The notes beneath the pieces are model-generated. The model saw nothing but the letters and a program-made list of their open reading frames with translations, was not told the DNA's origin and ran no database searches. A DNA stretch of 64,000 nt from Hydrolagus colliei (Eukaryota): positions 7,812,001 through 7,876,000 of the forward strand of contig CM068757.1 in assembly GCA_035084275.1 (NCBI GenBank). The letters run 5' to 3'. Positions 1-12,167 of the stretch are shown piece by piece (position 1 is the stretch's first letter; each line of letters starts with the position of its first letter). The position numbers were made by a program, and so were the translations under genes.

Positions 1-154
1 GAATGCAAAAATAGGAATGAAAGTAAAATAATGATCTCTAATTGTTTTTTTAATGGTACATTTTATCTCTAAATCGTTATGCATCAATATTTCATTTTTG
101 TTTAGCAGCTGAAAGTTCACACTCTGACTATCATTGTATCAGAATTATCATCCA

Positions 155-465
155 TAATAATAATAATTCTTGAATTTGATATAGCGCTTTTCATATCTTC
201 TGAATGTCTCAAAGTATTTCACAGAAAATACTGTACTGTAAAGTGAATTGACTATATATTTTGTGGGTGAAATGCGGCAGCCAATTGCGCACATTATAAT
301 AATAAGAATTTGGTCACTTGATCCAAGACTGTTTGTGTGACACTGCTGTGCACTGCCGTGTTTCACCCACAAAATATGCAGTCAATTCACTTGACAGTTT
401 GCTCTGTGAAGCACTATGAGATGTCTTAAGGATATTATATGATGTTATATCAAATCATGGATAAT
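155..465. mobile_element. Inverted pair of Deu-domain SINE 3' fragments (155-295 minus, 310-465 plus)
   Basis: Both carry the CTGTTTGTG..GCTGTGC..CACAAAAT..TGTGAAG..TATATCAAAT..(ATT)n tail that recurs across the window. Confidence 0.75.
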
Positions 466-858
466 TAAAATCCAATGTATGTATCTTTTGATTCTGTACA
501 TAAACAGATTTGTACTGAAAAGTTTTAAGCATTACTGTTTGGTATTCTGTCGTTAAACCAGCAGTTTGTCTGTCCCAAACTGTTGTGACATATAGTGTAT
601 TATATAATAAATAACCAAAAAAAATTACATTTGTTAATCAGGTTATTCTGTCATTTAATGCAACTGTAGTAACAGTCAGTAGAATGAAAATCGCAAAAGG
701 GTAACTTGAGCAGAAACCTTCAGACAGAAGAGTTTGAAAACCACTGCTTTAATGGAATCAACGTATACACAGTAAAGATGAAACCAAAAACACTGGTAAG
801 AGTTTTAAAACCGTGTGAGGTGCCACATTTCCTGTAGTGTGCTACATTTCCTGCCGAA

Positions 859-1212
859 ATGACAGAAGATGTCTTTAGGATTCTAAAGGGGCAAGATTAC
901 ATAGACCATGACAGGCTGTTTCAATTTATCCAGTTTAGTAAAACCAGAGGACATGGCCTGAGATTGAAGGGGGCTAAATTCAGAACAAATCTACACCAAC
1001 ACTACTTCAGTGAGCAAAAAGTAAACCCGTGGAATACGCTGCCTAGCGAGACGGTTGAAGCAGGAAGTGTTGATTCTTTCAAATACAGATTGGAAAGTTT
1101 TGTTTGACATTATGGAATGTAATACATGGGTAGTTTGGGACACGTGTGCATGCGATCGCCAGGAAGGTGGAAGGCGACCTAGATGGACTTTTTTCATCCA
1201 GCATTTCTTACG
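859..1212 (+). mobile_element. CR1 LINE 3' fragment (ORF2 C-terminus plus 3' UTR)
   Basis: Translates to KTRGHGLRL..F..Y FS..VNPWNTLPSETVEAGSVDSFK, the CR1 ORF2 C-terminal motif. The 3' UTR recurs reversed at ~3575-3670. Confidence 0.85.
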
Positions 1213-3574
1213 TTACAATACACCAAAATACACACTCATTCCACTTTACAATATATTCTGCGAAGTGCTTTGAGAGATGGAATCACTCAGTGAACACCTA
1301 TATTCAAAACTTGAGAACATCTGGTCTCGATAGCTTATTGCTGTGGCAAGCAATGTTGTTACCAATTTGACCATTTGGAGGAGCTAAGTGTCAGGCTCAG
1401 TTTTATTTCCAAATCGTCTCTCTCTTGAATGGCAACAGACGTAAGAATCAAATTGAACAATTTTCACTCACAAGCTTTACAGGCCTGGAAACTATTTTAC
1501 AAGCTCCATTTCCCTCTACAAAGAATTCTTTTGAAATAACGAAACGTCTGTTGTAGGACAAAATACTCTTCAAATTATTCAATTAAAAACATCCCTCTCG
1601 TTTCAAGATGTTCAAGATGAAAATGGAAAATCTTACATTGTTTTTTTTTAACATGGCTATAATTTGCTCATTATATCCATTTCTAACCCAATTTCAAATC
1701 TCTTTAAAGTACATTTACTTTATGATGGATTTTCCATTCATACCCTCAGGCTGAAAATGAATGCGTTTAACACTGAATTTCCTGGATGTGTTAATTTGTA
1801 CATTAGCAATTCGATGAATGCAAAGAAAATTGTTCATTTTTTAAAAGCCAAATTGCAATTCCAGAATATAAATTGTACTTGATTCTTGCATAACAAATGC
1901 GTATAAAATTGACTTTAAAGCATATCCAAAATGTACTCTATCAATGATTCCCAAGTTTTACTTCTGTAAGATAATTTCTCAAATCCCCTGACAGTTCTCA
2001 TGCAATCTTCTATTTAATGGGGCCCTGGAATCACCAATAATTGGGGCAGCAATTGCCAATGATTATGATCACATCACATATCGCTAATGTCTCACTCCCA
2101 TGTCATTTTTGCTGATCAATGTGCTGCACAGTGAAGCTTTCTGTAAGTAGTGTAACACCGTTGTTTCCTAAGAGTTAAATATTGCGCAAATGATAAATTT
2201 AACTGAAGATCTGTTAGCAATTTATCGAAAAGAGCAAAATAAAGTTGATTCCGATTCTTGCAGAATTTAATAGCATTAAAAACCCTCAAGTTCAAATCCC
2301 CTTTTAACATTGAAAGCAATACTGTCACAGATGGCAAACTGAGCATGGTTGGGGATGACGGTGCTAGTCAGGGATCTTTCCTCTCTATCACTGAGTAAAT
2401 CCCTCAGTTTACAGTCAGTTAACTTTACAATATGTTCTGCGAAGCGTTTTGAGATGTCGCAACAATGTGATAAGGTGCTGTATCAAATGCAAGGATTAAT
2501 ACTGTATATTCAATGATTATTTTCCCCTTTCTATTTAGGATTGGCTTCCTCTTCACTGCTTTACTGTGTTTGTTAAAAAGTTATATTTAACCAAGCACCA
2601 GTTGCACTGTTTCACACACATTCCTATTCTTTATCTGCATGTTTTATTAGTAAGTTGCCTTTATCCAGAAATAGGTCATCAAATTGTAACTGTCTCGTTT
2701 TTTCCACTGGGTCACGATGTGCCCTTGGTTGTCCATAAATTAAGTTTATTTCAATATCTCAAAGTTTCCTTTATTTTTTCTCCCAAGGAGACCATATAAA
2801 AACACAGTGCTTTCATGTGGCTGACCTATGTATTGGTTCCCATTGGGTGTAAAGCTTTTCACTCTGTTTGCTCCAAAATTGGCTGTAAGCCCGATAAATG
2901 TGACTTGACATCGAATACCCATTAATAATGTTACCTCCACATAAAATGGCTTCGAATTCTATGGTTTGTTCAACCTGTTCAATGATCTTAATGCTATTTG
3001 GGAATATATTGTAAGTATTTCTAGGAGAACAAACAGCCAGTTTGCAACATATGCCATATCTACAGTATATCTAATCCTACATCTTTGATGCTACTTGACT
3101 CATTTTTATTGCCTTTTATTTCCTTTTATCATTACTGACAAGTAAAGTCTCTATCTGCATGTTTTATAAGTAAGTTGGGACATCCTCCTGATGTGAACAG
3201 CGCTATACAAGTGTAATTCTATTGTTATAGTCACTTTATTTGTAGGCAGGTAATTCAGTGAAGAGATTCAAAGGAAGATCGCTTGGGTTACAGTGACACT
3301 TGCCATATTCCAATAAGAGGCATTAATTTCCCTTTCTAATTGTGCGTGTTCCTCAATTAGTTTAGCATTTGCCTATTGATGCTTGTGTGTATGTATTTAT
3401 GTGTTCGGCATAGAGGGCGCTATATAAATCCAAGTTGTTGTTGTTGTGAGCATTTGCCTATCAGTGTGTAACCCGGCTGTCTCTGTGTGCATTTACCTAT
3501 CGCCATTTGTCTGCCTATCTGCTATTATCTATCTATTATTATTAATAATAATTATTATTATTATAATAATAAAG

Positions 3575-3670
3575 ATCATAAGAAGTGCTAGATGAAAAAA
3601 GTCCACCTTCCTGGCAGTCACATGCACATATATCGCGAACTATGTATGAACTATATTCCATAATGTTATT
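3575..3670 (-). mobile_element. CR1-type 3' UTR fragment
   Basis: Reverse-complement similarity to 1108-1210 (GATGAAAAAAGTCCA...GCACA...TTCCATAATGT). Confidence 0.7.
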
Positions 3671-4478
3671 TCCTAAAAGAAAAAATTACAGTCAATTCAC
3701 TTTACAGCGCCTTGGGACGTCCTCCCGACGTGAAAGGCGCTTTATAAGTTTAAGTTGTTGTTGTTTACACTATATTCTGTGAAGCACTTTGATACGGCGA
3801 TAAGATGTGGAAAGCGCTATATCAAATGCAAGGATTCTTATTATTATCTATAAGAAGATAGGATCCTTTAGACAAAAAACACAAGGTTTAATAACAATCC
3901 TTGCATTTGCTAATAATAATTAATATAGAACGTTCTTACTTGTTCGAAACATCTCAAAGCACTTCTCAAGATACACTATGCTGGCAAGTGGATTGACTGT
4001 GTATTTTATTTGCCTGTCTGTTCGTTTTTGCTTGTATGTGTGTGTGTGTGTGTCAGTCTCTGGCTTTGGGTAAAATGGGTTAATCTGTAGATCTGTTTCT
4101 GGGTGCTTTGTGTTAACGTTATTTCATATCTGATGACCAGCACTAAGGGGGGTTTGCAGATGTTTGCAGATAGCACTCCCAATTTCAGTGAACAAGTGGC
4201 ATGCAGTGATGTCAGGGATTAAAGAGTGTGCACGAAAAGCAAATAGAGAGAGGGGGGGAGAAGGGTGGGGGGGCGAGGGGAGAGGAGTGTAAAAGAGTAC
4301 AAGCACAGCATTCCCCAAGTGCTTACAACCAGAGCCTCTCCTCTGCATCTATCCAACCCAGCAGCAGCAGCAGCAGTGAGTGAGTGAGTGAGTGAAGGCA
4401 GCTCAGGCTTTGTAACGTTGGACAGTTAGTGAGTGAGTGTGAGTGAGGAGTGACTGGGCTCTGGGTTTTTGGGGGGCG

Positions 4479-4530
4479 ATGGATGAGGTGAAAATCGCTC
4501 TTTTCGGGAGCGAAGCTGTTGGCAAATCTG
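4479..4530 (+). CDS. RERGL: RERGL coding exon 1 (MDEVKIALFGSEAVGKS, P-loop)
   Basis: ATG at 4479 (GCGATGG), G1 motif GxxxxGKS, phase-1 donor TCTG|GTAAGG at 4531. The five exons join to 618 nt = 205 aa plus stop. Confidence 0.93.
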
Positions 4531-5061
4531 GTAAGGCTCTCTCTTCTCTGTTTGCACAAACCGTTAGCCATCAAGTTTAGCATTTTGCCTCCCCCCCCAC
4601 CCCTGAAAATGTCCAGGCAGAGAAATAGCTTCTCTTTAAACTTACTCTGACCAGGATCACTCGTTGCACTTTGCTCTTTGAGGTTTTCTGGCAATAAATG
4701 AGATCTATCATTTTGTAAAATTTACTTATTTATTTAGGGACAAAATTTATTTGTCCCTAAATAATTTATTTGCCCCCCCCCCCTCCCACCTCCAATTTTT
4801 TTCTCTCTGCTGTGAAGAAACAGAAACATTTAACGCAGGGAGAACTGTGATGTGAACGACATTGTAATGTGTTTGAGTATTTTTATTGGTGTGTCAAATC
4901 GGATGCATTTTGCTCTCGGTGAAAGCATCTGTGTGTTTGTGTGTGTGTCGGGTTTGTAAAGTCATCGCATTAAATTTGCCTAATTGTGGGTCTGTGTGAG
5001 GTCCCTCGCTGTGTTCTGACAGTGTCTCTCTGTCTCTCTCTCTCTCTCTCTTTCCTTCCAG

Positions 5062-5118
5062 CTCTACTCGTAAGGTTTCTAACTAAGAGATTCATAGGGG
5101 AATACGCCTCGAACTCCC
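5062..5118 (+). CDS. RERGL: RERGL coding exon 2 (ALLVRFLTKRFIGEYASNS)
   Basis: Acceptor after (TC)n tract TTCCAG|, donor |GTGAGT at 5119. VRFLTKRFIGEY is the RERG/RASL11/RERGL family signature. Confidence 0.95.
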
Positions 5119-7716
5119 GTGAGTAGATTTCCCCTTTTAAAAACAACGCCAGAGGGTTGCAAACTTTCAGGAATCTTACAAAGCAAAGTGGTTGTTTCTA
5201 ACCAAATAGCAACTGGAAACGAACAGCAAAATGCCATGTCCATTGCAATCAATGCCTAGTCTTCAAGTTCACCAATTGGTTGGAACGTTTGTGGTGTGGA
5301 GGAGGTGGGGTGGGGGGGTGGGGGGAGACATACAATCTCTGTTAAACCATTCACCCTGAAGATGTCTGCGATGATCAGGGTTTGATTTAATGCCTGTTGC
5401 AGGAATGAATGTTGTGGGAGAATGCAATGTAGTTAGAAATCTGTTAGCAAGTGTTTGCAACCCAGGCTGTAGGTACTTTCTTACAGCAGAGGACTCACGG
5501 TGAGAGCTTGTGAGTTTGTTTTCCAATCGGATTTCTGAAGATTTTCACTCAATGAAGAATAGCTTTGCGAATGGTCGTCTTTTTAATAATTGTCTCTTTC
5601 AGAACTACCAAATTCACTGGATGTGAAAACCTAAAACATGATCAAAATCTCAGTCTACATCAACAAAAAATGCCTCATTTTAGGAGGACACAATTGTGAT
5701 CGTTTCTGCAGGGTTGCTTTCAGAGGATGTCATAGAATCATTTCCGAATTTGGATAAATATGTGTTTCAATGACCTAGAAATTAATTTAATCCCCATTAG
5801 TATTTCTACAAAGCTGGCTACACAGGCGATAAGATGATTTTCATTTCTTAAATTAAAACTCCATACTTTAGGCTTTGAACCCATTGAACTCAATCGGCAC
5901 ACAATACATTTGTGCATTGCATAATTGGGATTGTAGAGGGGACGAGCAAAGGTTTATCAAGAAAGTTTTTTTTTAAAAAAAGCATGCTCATTTTCAGAGT
6001 TCTAGGTAATTGTGCAAGTCAGTTATTTGACCTTGAATTTCATCTTCTGTTCTTCTCGTTATTCAGATAATTCATTTGAACCATGAAGCAAGTTGTCTGT
6101 GTTTGGCAGACTTTAGGTTCGCAAGTTGGAACAATATAGCGCCATTCGAAACCACATTTTAAGCAAATCAGGGTCCAACAACAAAGAAGATCAATGGGTT
6201 AATTTCTCAATTGTTTCTTGGCAAAGGTTCCCCCCAAAATATTTTCCTGCATAAATATTTTGGGAAGAGTTGTTTGCTTTTGAGTAACTCTCAGTGATAT
6301 CGTTCACTGCTGCTGCTGGGTTTATTTCAGAATATTGGTTTGATTCAAATGTTTAAAAAAAAGTTTTGTTTCAAACTAGAAAGTGATATGTAATCCTACC
6401 AATAAAACTGTCCAGCGGGACAGCATCAAAGCCTATTTCAAGGTTAAGTGTTTTCTTGGACAAATAACAATCTTTCATTAAACTTCAAACCTAACATTGC
6501 TCACAATCGTTGCTGCTCAACCTTTTGACAATTTGCAATAGGGTTTCTGTCCCAAAGTTACACAATTCAATCTCCATTTATTTCCGAACGTACCATGAAG
6601 AAACTATGGCAATGCAGCACACAACATTTAAAAAAAAATACTGTATATATGTATTGACCATAATTTCTCCTTCTGTTCTTTTTTAAAAATAAAGTTATGA
6701 ATTAGTCCTCAATTTTGAATTGTTTTCACTTTTCACCTGTCATTACTGGTGCTTAATAAGTAAATTCAATACCTTTGTAGCTCAGTCACTAGGATTGAAT
6801 GTCTGCTATCTTGTGTGATCCACACTGAACATGGGGATGTTTTACTAGGCGATTAGCAACATTCATAAACATCAGGACAAATCAATTTCCATTTGTTTGG
6901 GTCTCTGAGGAGAGATTATTTGTGGAGGGAAGGAAGGACAGCTGGTTTCTGAAGATTTTCACTTGTGTTTTGGGGTTGGACAAACTTCTTCATTACATTT
7001 TCAATGCTTTTTTCCCCCAAAGTATTCAACATTTTGATGAGTGCCAGAGTAATCCGTATACCTCAATCCACCCTGTAATATTTGAATGAATAGATTTTTA
7101 GTGGCTGCTTTCCCCCAATCACTTTTCACAGCCAAATAAAACCGAGGCCAGTGTTCAGGAGAGAAATTCACTCTTGGATCTGGATTGGCTGTGAATTCAG
7201 AGCATCCAGAAATTGGCAAATTTTTTAATCTGTCTTTATATGGAAGCAGTTTTTTCAGTAAATTATTTTCAGGACTTACAGAAAACCAAACTGCAAAGCT
7301 AAGACTAAAATTTCATAATTTGGCAGATTCTGAATGCTTTGAAATGCTAATAAAATAGAGTAGACACAGGTGCATTTTCAATCCTCCAGATGTTTGTGGA
7401 AACCAAAATATGGTACTATAAATGCCCTTGAAGGAGATTGGGTTTGAATTTCCATGTGTAGGTGGGATGCATGGAATTCTCAATTTGGATTGGATACTCT
7501 TAAGTACAGTGATGGGTTTCCACATGTGTCAAGACACCCAGCCGACACAAAAAAAGGAGCTATAAATTATTCCAAGAATTCATAAGTCAGGCAGAGTTTT
7601 GGTGAAGTGTTAGATGCAGATTCCAGCAGTTATATGAGTGATTTTGTTTGTAATTGAACAAATGGTTTAAAATAAAAATAATCCTATTTCTAAAATGCTC
7701 TTTTGAAACCCCACAG

Positions 7717-7790
7717 ATTCACTGTATCGGAAAAGACTGTCAATAGATGGCAGGCAATTGAACCTGGAAATATTTGATCCGTGTTCTCGG
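7717..7790 (+). CDS. RERGL: RERGL coding exon 3 (HSLYRKRLSIDGRQLNLEIFDPCSR)
   Basis: CCACAG| acceptor, CGG|GTGAGT donor, phases match neighbours. LNLEIxDPCS in place of DTAG matches RERGL as I recall it. Confidence 0.95.
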
Positions 7791-9022
7791 GTGAGTGAGT
7801 ACAATAAAAGAAAGGATTTGGAATGGGTAGCTACTTAATTTCTTTTCTCGTGCATATCATGCAATAAAACACATATTGATCATTTCAATTTAGTTACATA
7901 CAGCGTTGGGCAGAAGACTTACAATGAACCAGAGAAACTGCCAAGAACCAAGTCTCTAAAACATTTACAGAATAAAATGTAAATGACAGAGAAACACAGA
8001 ATTTCTTAATGGAGAAGAAGGTCACTGAGTCTGTGACTTTCTTACCTACGTGTATTAGTAAATCACACTCTTTTTATTGATTACATTTTCTCAATATCCC
8101 TTAACGTTCTAATCATTTAAAAAAAAAATTGGTATTTGCTTTCAAAATACTCGATCTTTACGCTTTACAATGTATCATGTGAAGTGCTTTGAGATACTGT
8201 ATCTTCCTGCAAAGAAAAGTGCTATATTAAATGGAAGTGTTATTTCACTCTGTATATCTGTAGATATAATATCTAAGTGATTTTCAGTGGTAGGTCAGCC
8301 AGACCAATAAGGCCACTTTACGTATGAATGAGTGTTATTGTTCTTAATAATAATAATAATTTTTATAATAATAATAATAATCCTTGCATTTGAAATTGCG
8401 CTATATTTGTGGACGAAATGCGGCAGTCAACAGCAGTGAACCACAAACAGTCATGGATTGAGTGACCAAAGTATTATTATTTATTTTTTGAGGGATTATT
8501 ATTTTGAGGGATATATAGAGTTCATCACGCAGGGTACTGAGTCTGAGCAGCTAATAATGGTGAAACCTATGCGAGCCGTAGGGAGGTGACTAGAAGTACA
8601 GCCAAAGAGGAAGGTCTTCTTAATGTATTTGAGCTTCCTAAAATAACTAAATTAGTAGGAGGCTGATGTTTTGTTCACCAGGTATTTTATCAAGTCACCT
8701 TTGATTAGTCTTATCAGCAGTTACAGAACGGATTATATGAACTGTTTTACATTGCAAATTGGATCAGTTTCCTTCTCTCCCTAAAATACAAGATTATCCT
8801 GCAGTTTTCCTTCTCGGTCTTTGAAGTAGAAGCAAAGAGCAGTGTTAATTACCAGAGACTAAACGAAAGGACAGTTCCCATTTTGACCGGATCTTATCTG
8901 CCCCATTCCCTGGTGTATTCTGAACTCTGATGGTTGTAAATACGGTGTTAAACTGTTCAATGGACGTGGTTTTCATGCGCTGATGTAATATGTAATTGTT
9001 CATTCACCTTCTTTTCCAACAG

Positions 9023-9171
9023 AACAGTGAAACCCAATACTCTGTGGTAGAGCCGATGGAATGGGCTAATGGCTTCATTGTGGTTTATAACATCAGTGAC
9101 CGGGCTTCCTTTGTGACTGCCAAAAGTGTTATTCAGCAGATTAAAGAAGCCCGCACAGAGCAATGTAAAAG
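9023..9171 (+). CDS. RERGL: RERGL coding exon 4 (NSETQYSVVEPMEWANGFIVVYNISDRASFVTAKSVIQQIKEARTEQCK)
   Basis: Polypyrimidine acceptor CCAACAG|, phase-2 donor AAG|GTAGAT. WAxGFIVVYxIxDRxSF Ras-family motif. Confidence 0.95.
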
Positions 9172-9804
9172 GTAGATTACATTTGATGAGATGTTATTGC
9201 TGTAAACTGCCCAGCAATTGATGAGAATAGACAGTCTTTGGAGCTGCTTGTTATTCTTTCTTGATGAACAATTCTTATAATAATAATCCTCGGATTTGAT
9301 ATAGCACCTTATTAAGTTGTCGAGATTTCTCATATTTTGTGAATATTCTGTGAAGTGAAATGACATTATTAAATGGAATGGCTGAGCAGGACTCTTAAAT
9401 CCAAAGACATTATAGGTGGTTAGTGAAAACATATATGTGAATTGTTTTTTTTAGTATTGGTGACCAGTGTGTTTTCGATCCTAATCCAGTCGTAGTTTTT
9501 TGGTCCCTTTTACAAAGAGAACTTGAGCTCCCTTCTTTGGTCTGTACAGTATAAAATCCAACTTATAAATAACTTGGCACAAGTCATATGGGATACAACT
9601 TTTGCAAGTTTCACATAACTTGTACTTTGCCTAAATCATATTAAAATGTATAGTTTGAACTTAAACGACTTATGTGAGGTTTACCGGACTTGAAGCTGAA
9701 TCTCGAGAGGTCCGCAGAGCAATAACGTGAGACTCGTTTTGTCTAAAACACGAAGCGTACACCCCAAACAAACAAGAAAAACAAGCTGCCATTTCTTTTC
9801 CCAG

Positions 9805-10090
9805 TGTTGTGGAAGCCCCGATCTGTCTGGTGGGAAACAAGCAAGATCTGTGCCACGCCAGGGAGGTGCACGATGAGGAGGCTCGCCTGCTCGCCATTGA
9901 GAACAAGTGCCAGTTCCAGGAGCTGTCGGCCGCAGAGAATTACCAGGAAATCTTTAACATGTTCCTCAAACTGATTCAGGCCGTCATGGACTGTCTGAGG
10001 AGCAAGACGGACAGAAGGAGATACAGTGGCTCCAAGTCCATGGCCAAGCTCATCAACAACATGTTTGGAAAGCGACGAAAATCCGTATAG
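9805..10090 (+). CDS. RERGL: RERGL terminal coding exon ([15 protein letters not shown]...ELSAA...[21 protein letters not shown])
   Basis: TTTCCCAG| acceptor; G4 NKQD and G5 SAA motifs; C-terminus [19 protein letters not shown] typical of RERGL; TAG at 10088-10090. Confidence 0.96.
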
Positions 10091-10544
10091 GAAGAATGTG
10101 GGCCTCGGTCCAGCATTTCCTCAATTAGTTCTGTGTCCCTTTAATTTGTGCTAATGTTTAAGGAAGTGAATCAAACGGATTGAGTTGTTTTGCTGTGAGG
10201 ACACCCGCAGTTTTTTACTGCATCGAGCCAATGGTTTTGCTTTTCGAATAGAAGCTGGAATGCTTGATGCTGATCTAACCTGAGGTTTATAAGCCATTTA
10301 CATGACAAATTGCTAACCTGCAGCTGTTCTCAGTTAAAGCGCACTCTGTAAACAGTCTGAGTGCTTTACTCCTGTTACCGCAGAACACCGCAGTGTCTAA
10401 CGCTGTGCACCTGAGACTGATGATGTTGCTCAGATGGCTCATATCAGCCTTGTGAAACAGCCTGGTTCAAAAGCTCAGCTAGTTGTTTGCTCACCTCCCT
10501 CTTGAAGAACATTGGGATTTCCCAACTCTTACCAACTCGTCCCT

Positions 10545-11037
10545 CCACAAGCCGCAGAACGCTACATATTGTATCCTCTCCCTAGCAATCCCCAAGAGAC
10601 AATCACCCCCATCCTCAGCTGGCTCCCTTATCCCCTAGAGCATTGAGTTTAAGATCCTTGTCCTCACTTTGAAAGCTCTTCACGGTCTTGCTCCTCCCTA
10701 CCTCTGTGACATGATAGTATCAAAGCAACCTTCCTGTTCCATTCGCTCAGTGGCTACTAGAATGCTTCATGTCCCCTATCCTGCCCACAACACTATTGGT
10801 GGCCAGGCCTTCAGCCTTCCTGCCCCCACCCTCTGGAACTTCATCCTGGAGTTTCTCCACCTCACTCCCTTCCTTGCTTCCTTCAAGACCAGTATCCTCT
10901 TTGACAGTGCCTTTGGCCATCTTCCATCCCTATTGCCTTCCATGCCTCCCAACTCAAGCGCAAACCTTTGACATTCCAGCGCTTTGAGTTGTCATCCTGA
11001 CAGGATTGATGCTATATAAATTCAATCTGTTGTTGTT
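10545..11037 (+). mobile_element. L2-clade LINE 3' fragment in the probable RERGL 3' UTR
   Basis: ITPIL..WLP..IEFKILVLTLKALHGLAPPYL..GGQAFSLPAPTLWN motifs; tail AGCGCTTTGAG..GCTATATAAAT..(TGT)n. Confidence 0.85.
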
Positions 11038-11978
11038 TACCATGTACTGATTGGTACCATTGGCAAATTTATCTTTATAGTGGAAATTCTCAGTTTTAAC
11101 ACATAGCAAACGCTCACTAGTATTAATGATTTGCTGTGTTTAAACCCACCAGTGCATGTGTTTCACAGAAGTTTGAAAGAGATTTCTCATCTGTTCTGCT
11201 GAAAACACCAAGAACCAGAAACAGATTCTGCTCGAAAATTATTTCTTTCAATGAATAATCGCAGCAGAAAATTGCCCATAGCAGTGTCCCACAAACAGCT
11301 GTGGATTGAAGTGATCAATTTTTTCTTTGTATTTTATGTTTTAGCACATCAATGGCAGCCCACCAAATGATGCCTTTGCACACATTCTAACAAAAATAGC
11401 TGAAGAGTGAGTCAGAGGCCTGATTATATTACGCGTGGGCTCCACTCATGTGGGAACTTTGTTTCTCACTTTGCACGTCATCTGCTAATGCGCTTGTGGC
11501 CATTTTTGTTCACACGTTGGTGACCGAGTTTCCCCTGCAAATACAGTCATTACATTTTCCAGTAATTACAATACAATTTACATTTATATAGTGCCTTTAA
11601 TGTCAGGAGGACGTTTCAATGTGAGTGAAACTCGTTAAAGTGAAGCATTTTGAAACGTACTATATGATAATGCAAGGAATATTGTAGTATCAGTACTGCC
11701 CTGAATTGCAGGCTAGCCTTTCCGCAACGAGACAAGCTCAGAACAGAAACTCTTTCAGAGTGGGTAGCTTTCTTTACGTGTGAAGTCAGTTAGGTCCAGT
11801 CACTCCTCTGTTGCTGTGCTGAGCTTATTTTCAATCAATGAGGGTCCTTACGCACATTCAGCAGAACTCGAATACAGTACATTGCATGTCTACATGTTAG
11901 TGTGATTCACTGAAGCAGACTTGTGCTGCCTGATAACGGTGAAAAGTTCACCAGTCTTTATTTACTCTTATATGTTTT

Positions 11979-12167
11979 AATAAAGTATGTAAACAATTGA
12001 AGTTTTATATGTACTCTATTTATCAGCTACATAAACAACAAGTATTGTATGTAGATTGTTAAGATTGCACAAAATGTATGAGACATTATTATTATTATTA
12101 TTATAAGATATGGCTAGAAGCACTATACAGTACTCGGGCACTTTGGCCCTATTCAGCATGAAATAAA
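11979..12167 (+). terminator. Candidate RERGL polyadenylation signals
   Basis: AATAAA at 11979-11984 and 12162-12167, the latter followed by a T-rich tract. Which is used is unknown. Confidence 0.4.

Noticed and set aside
559-746. Possible hAT-Charlie MITE ending TTTGAAAACCACTG
   Set aside because: Left TIR and TSD too degenerate to support.
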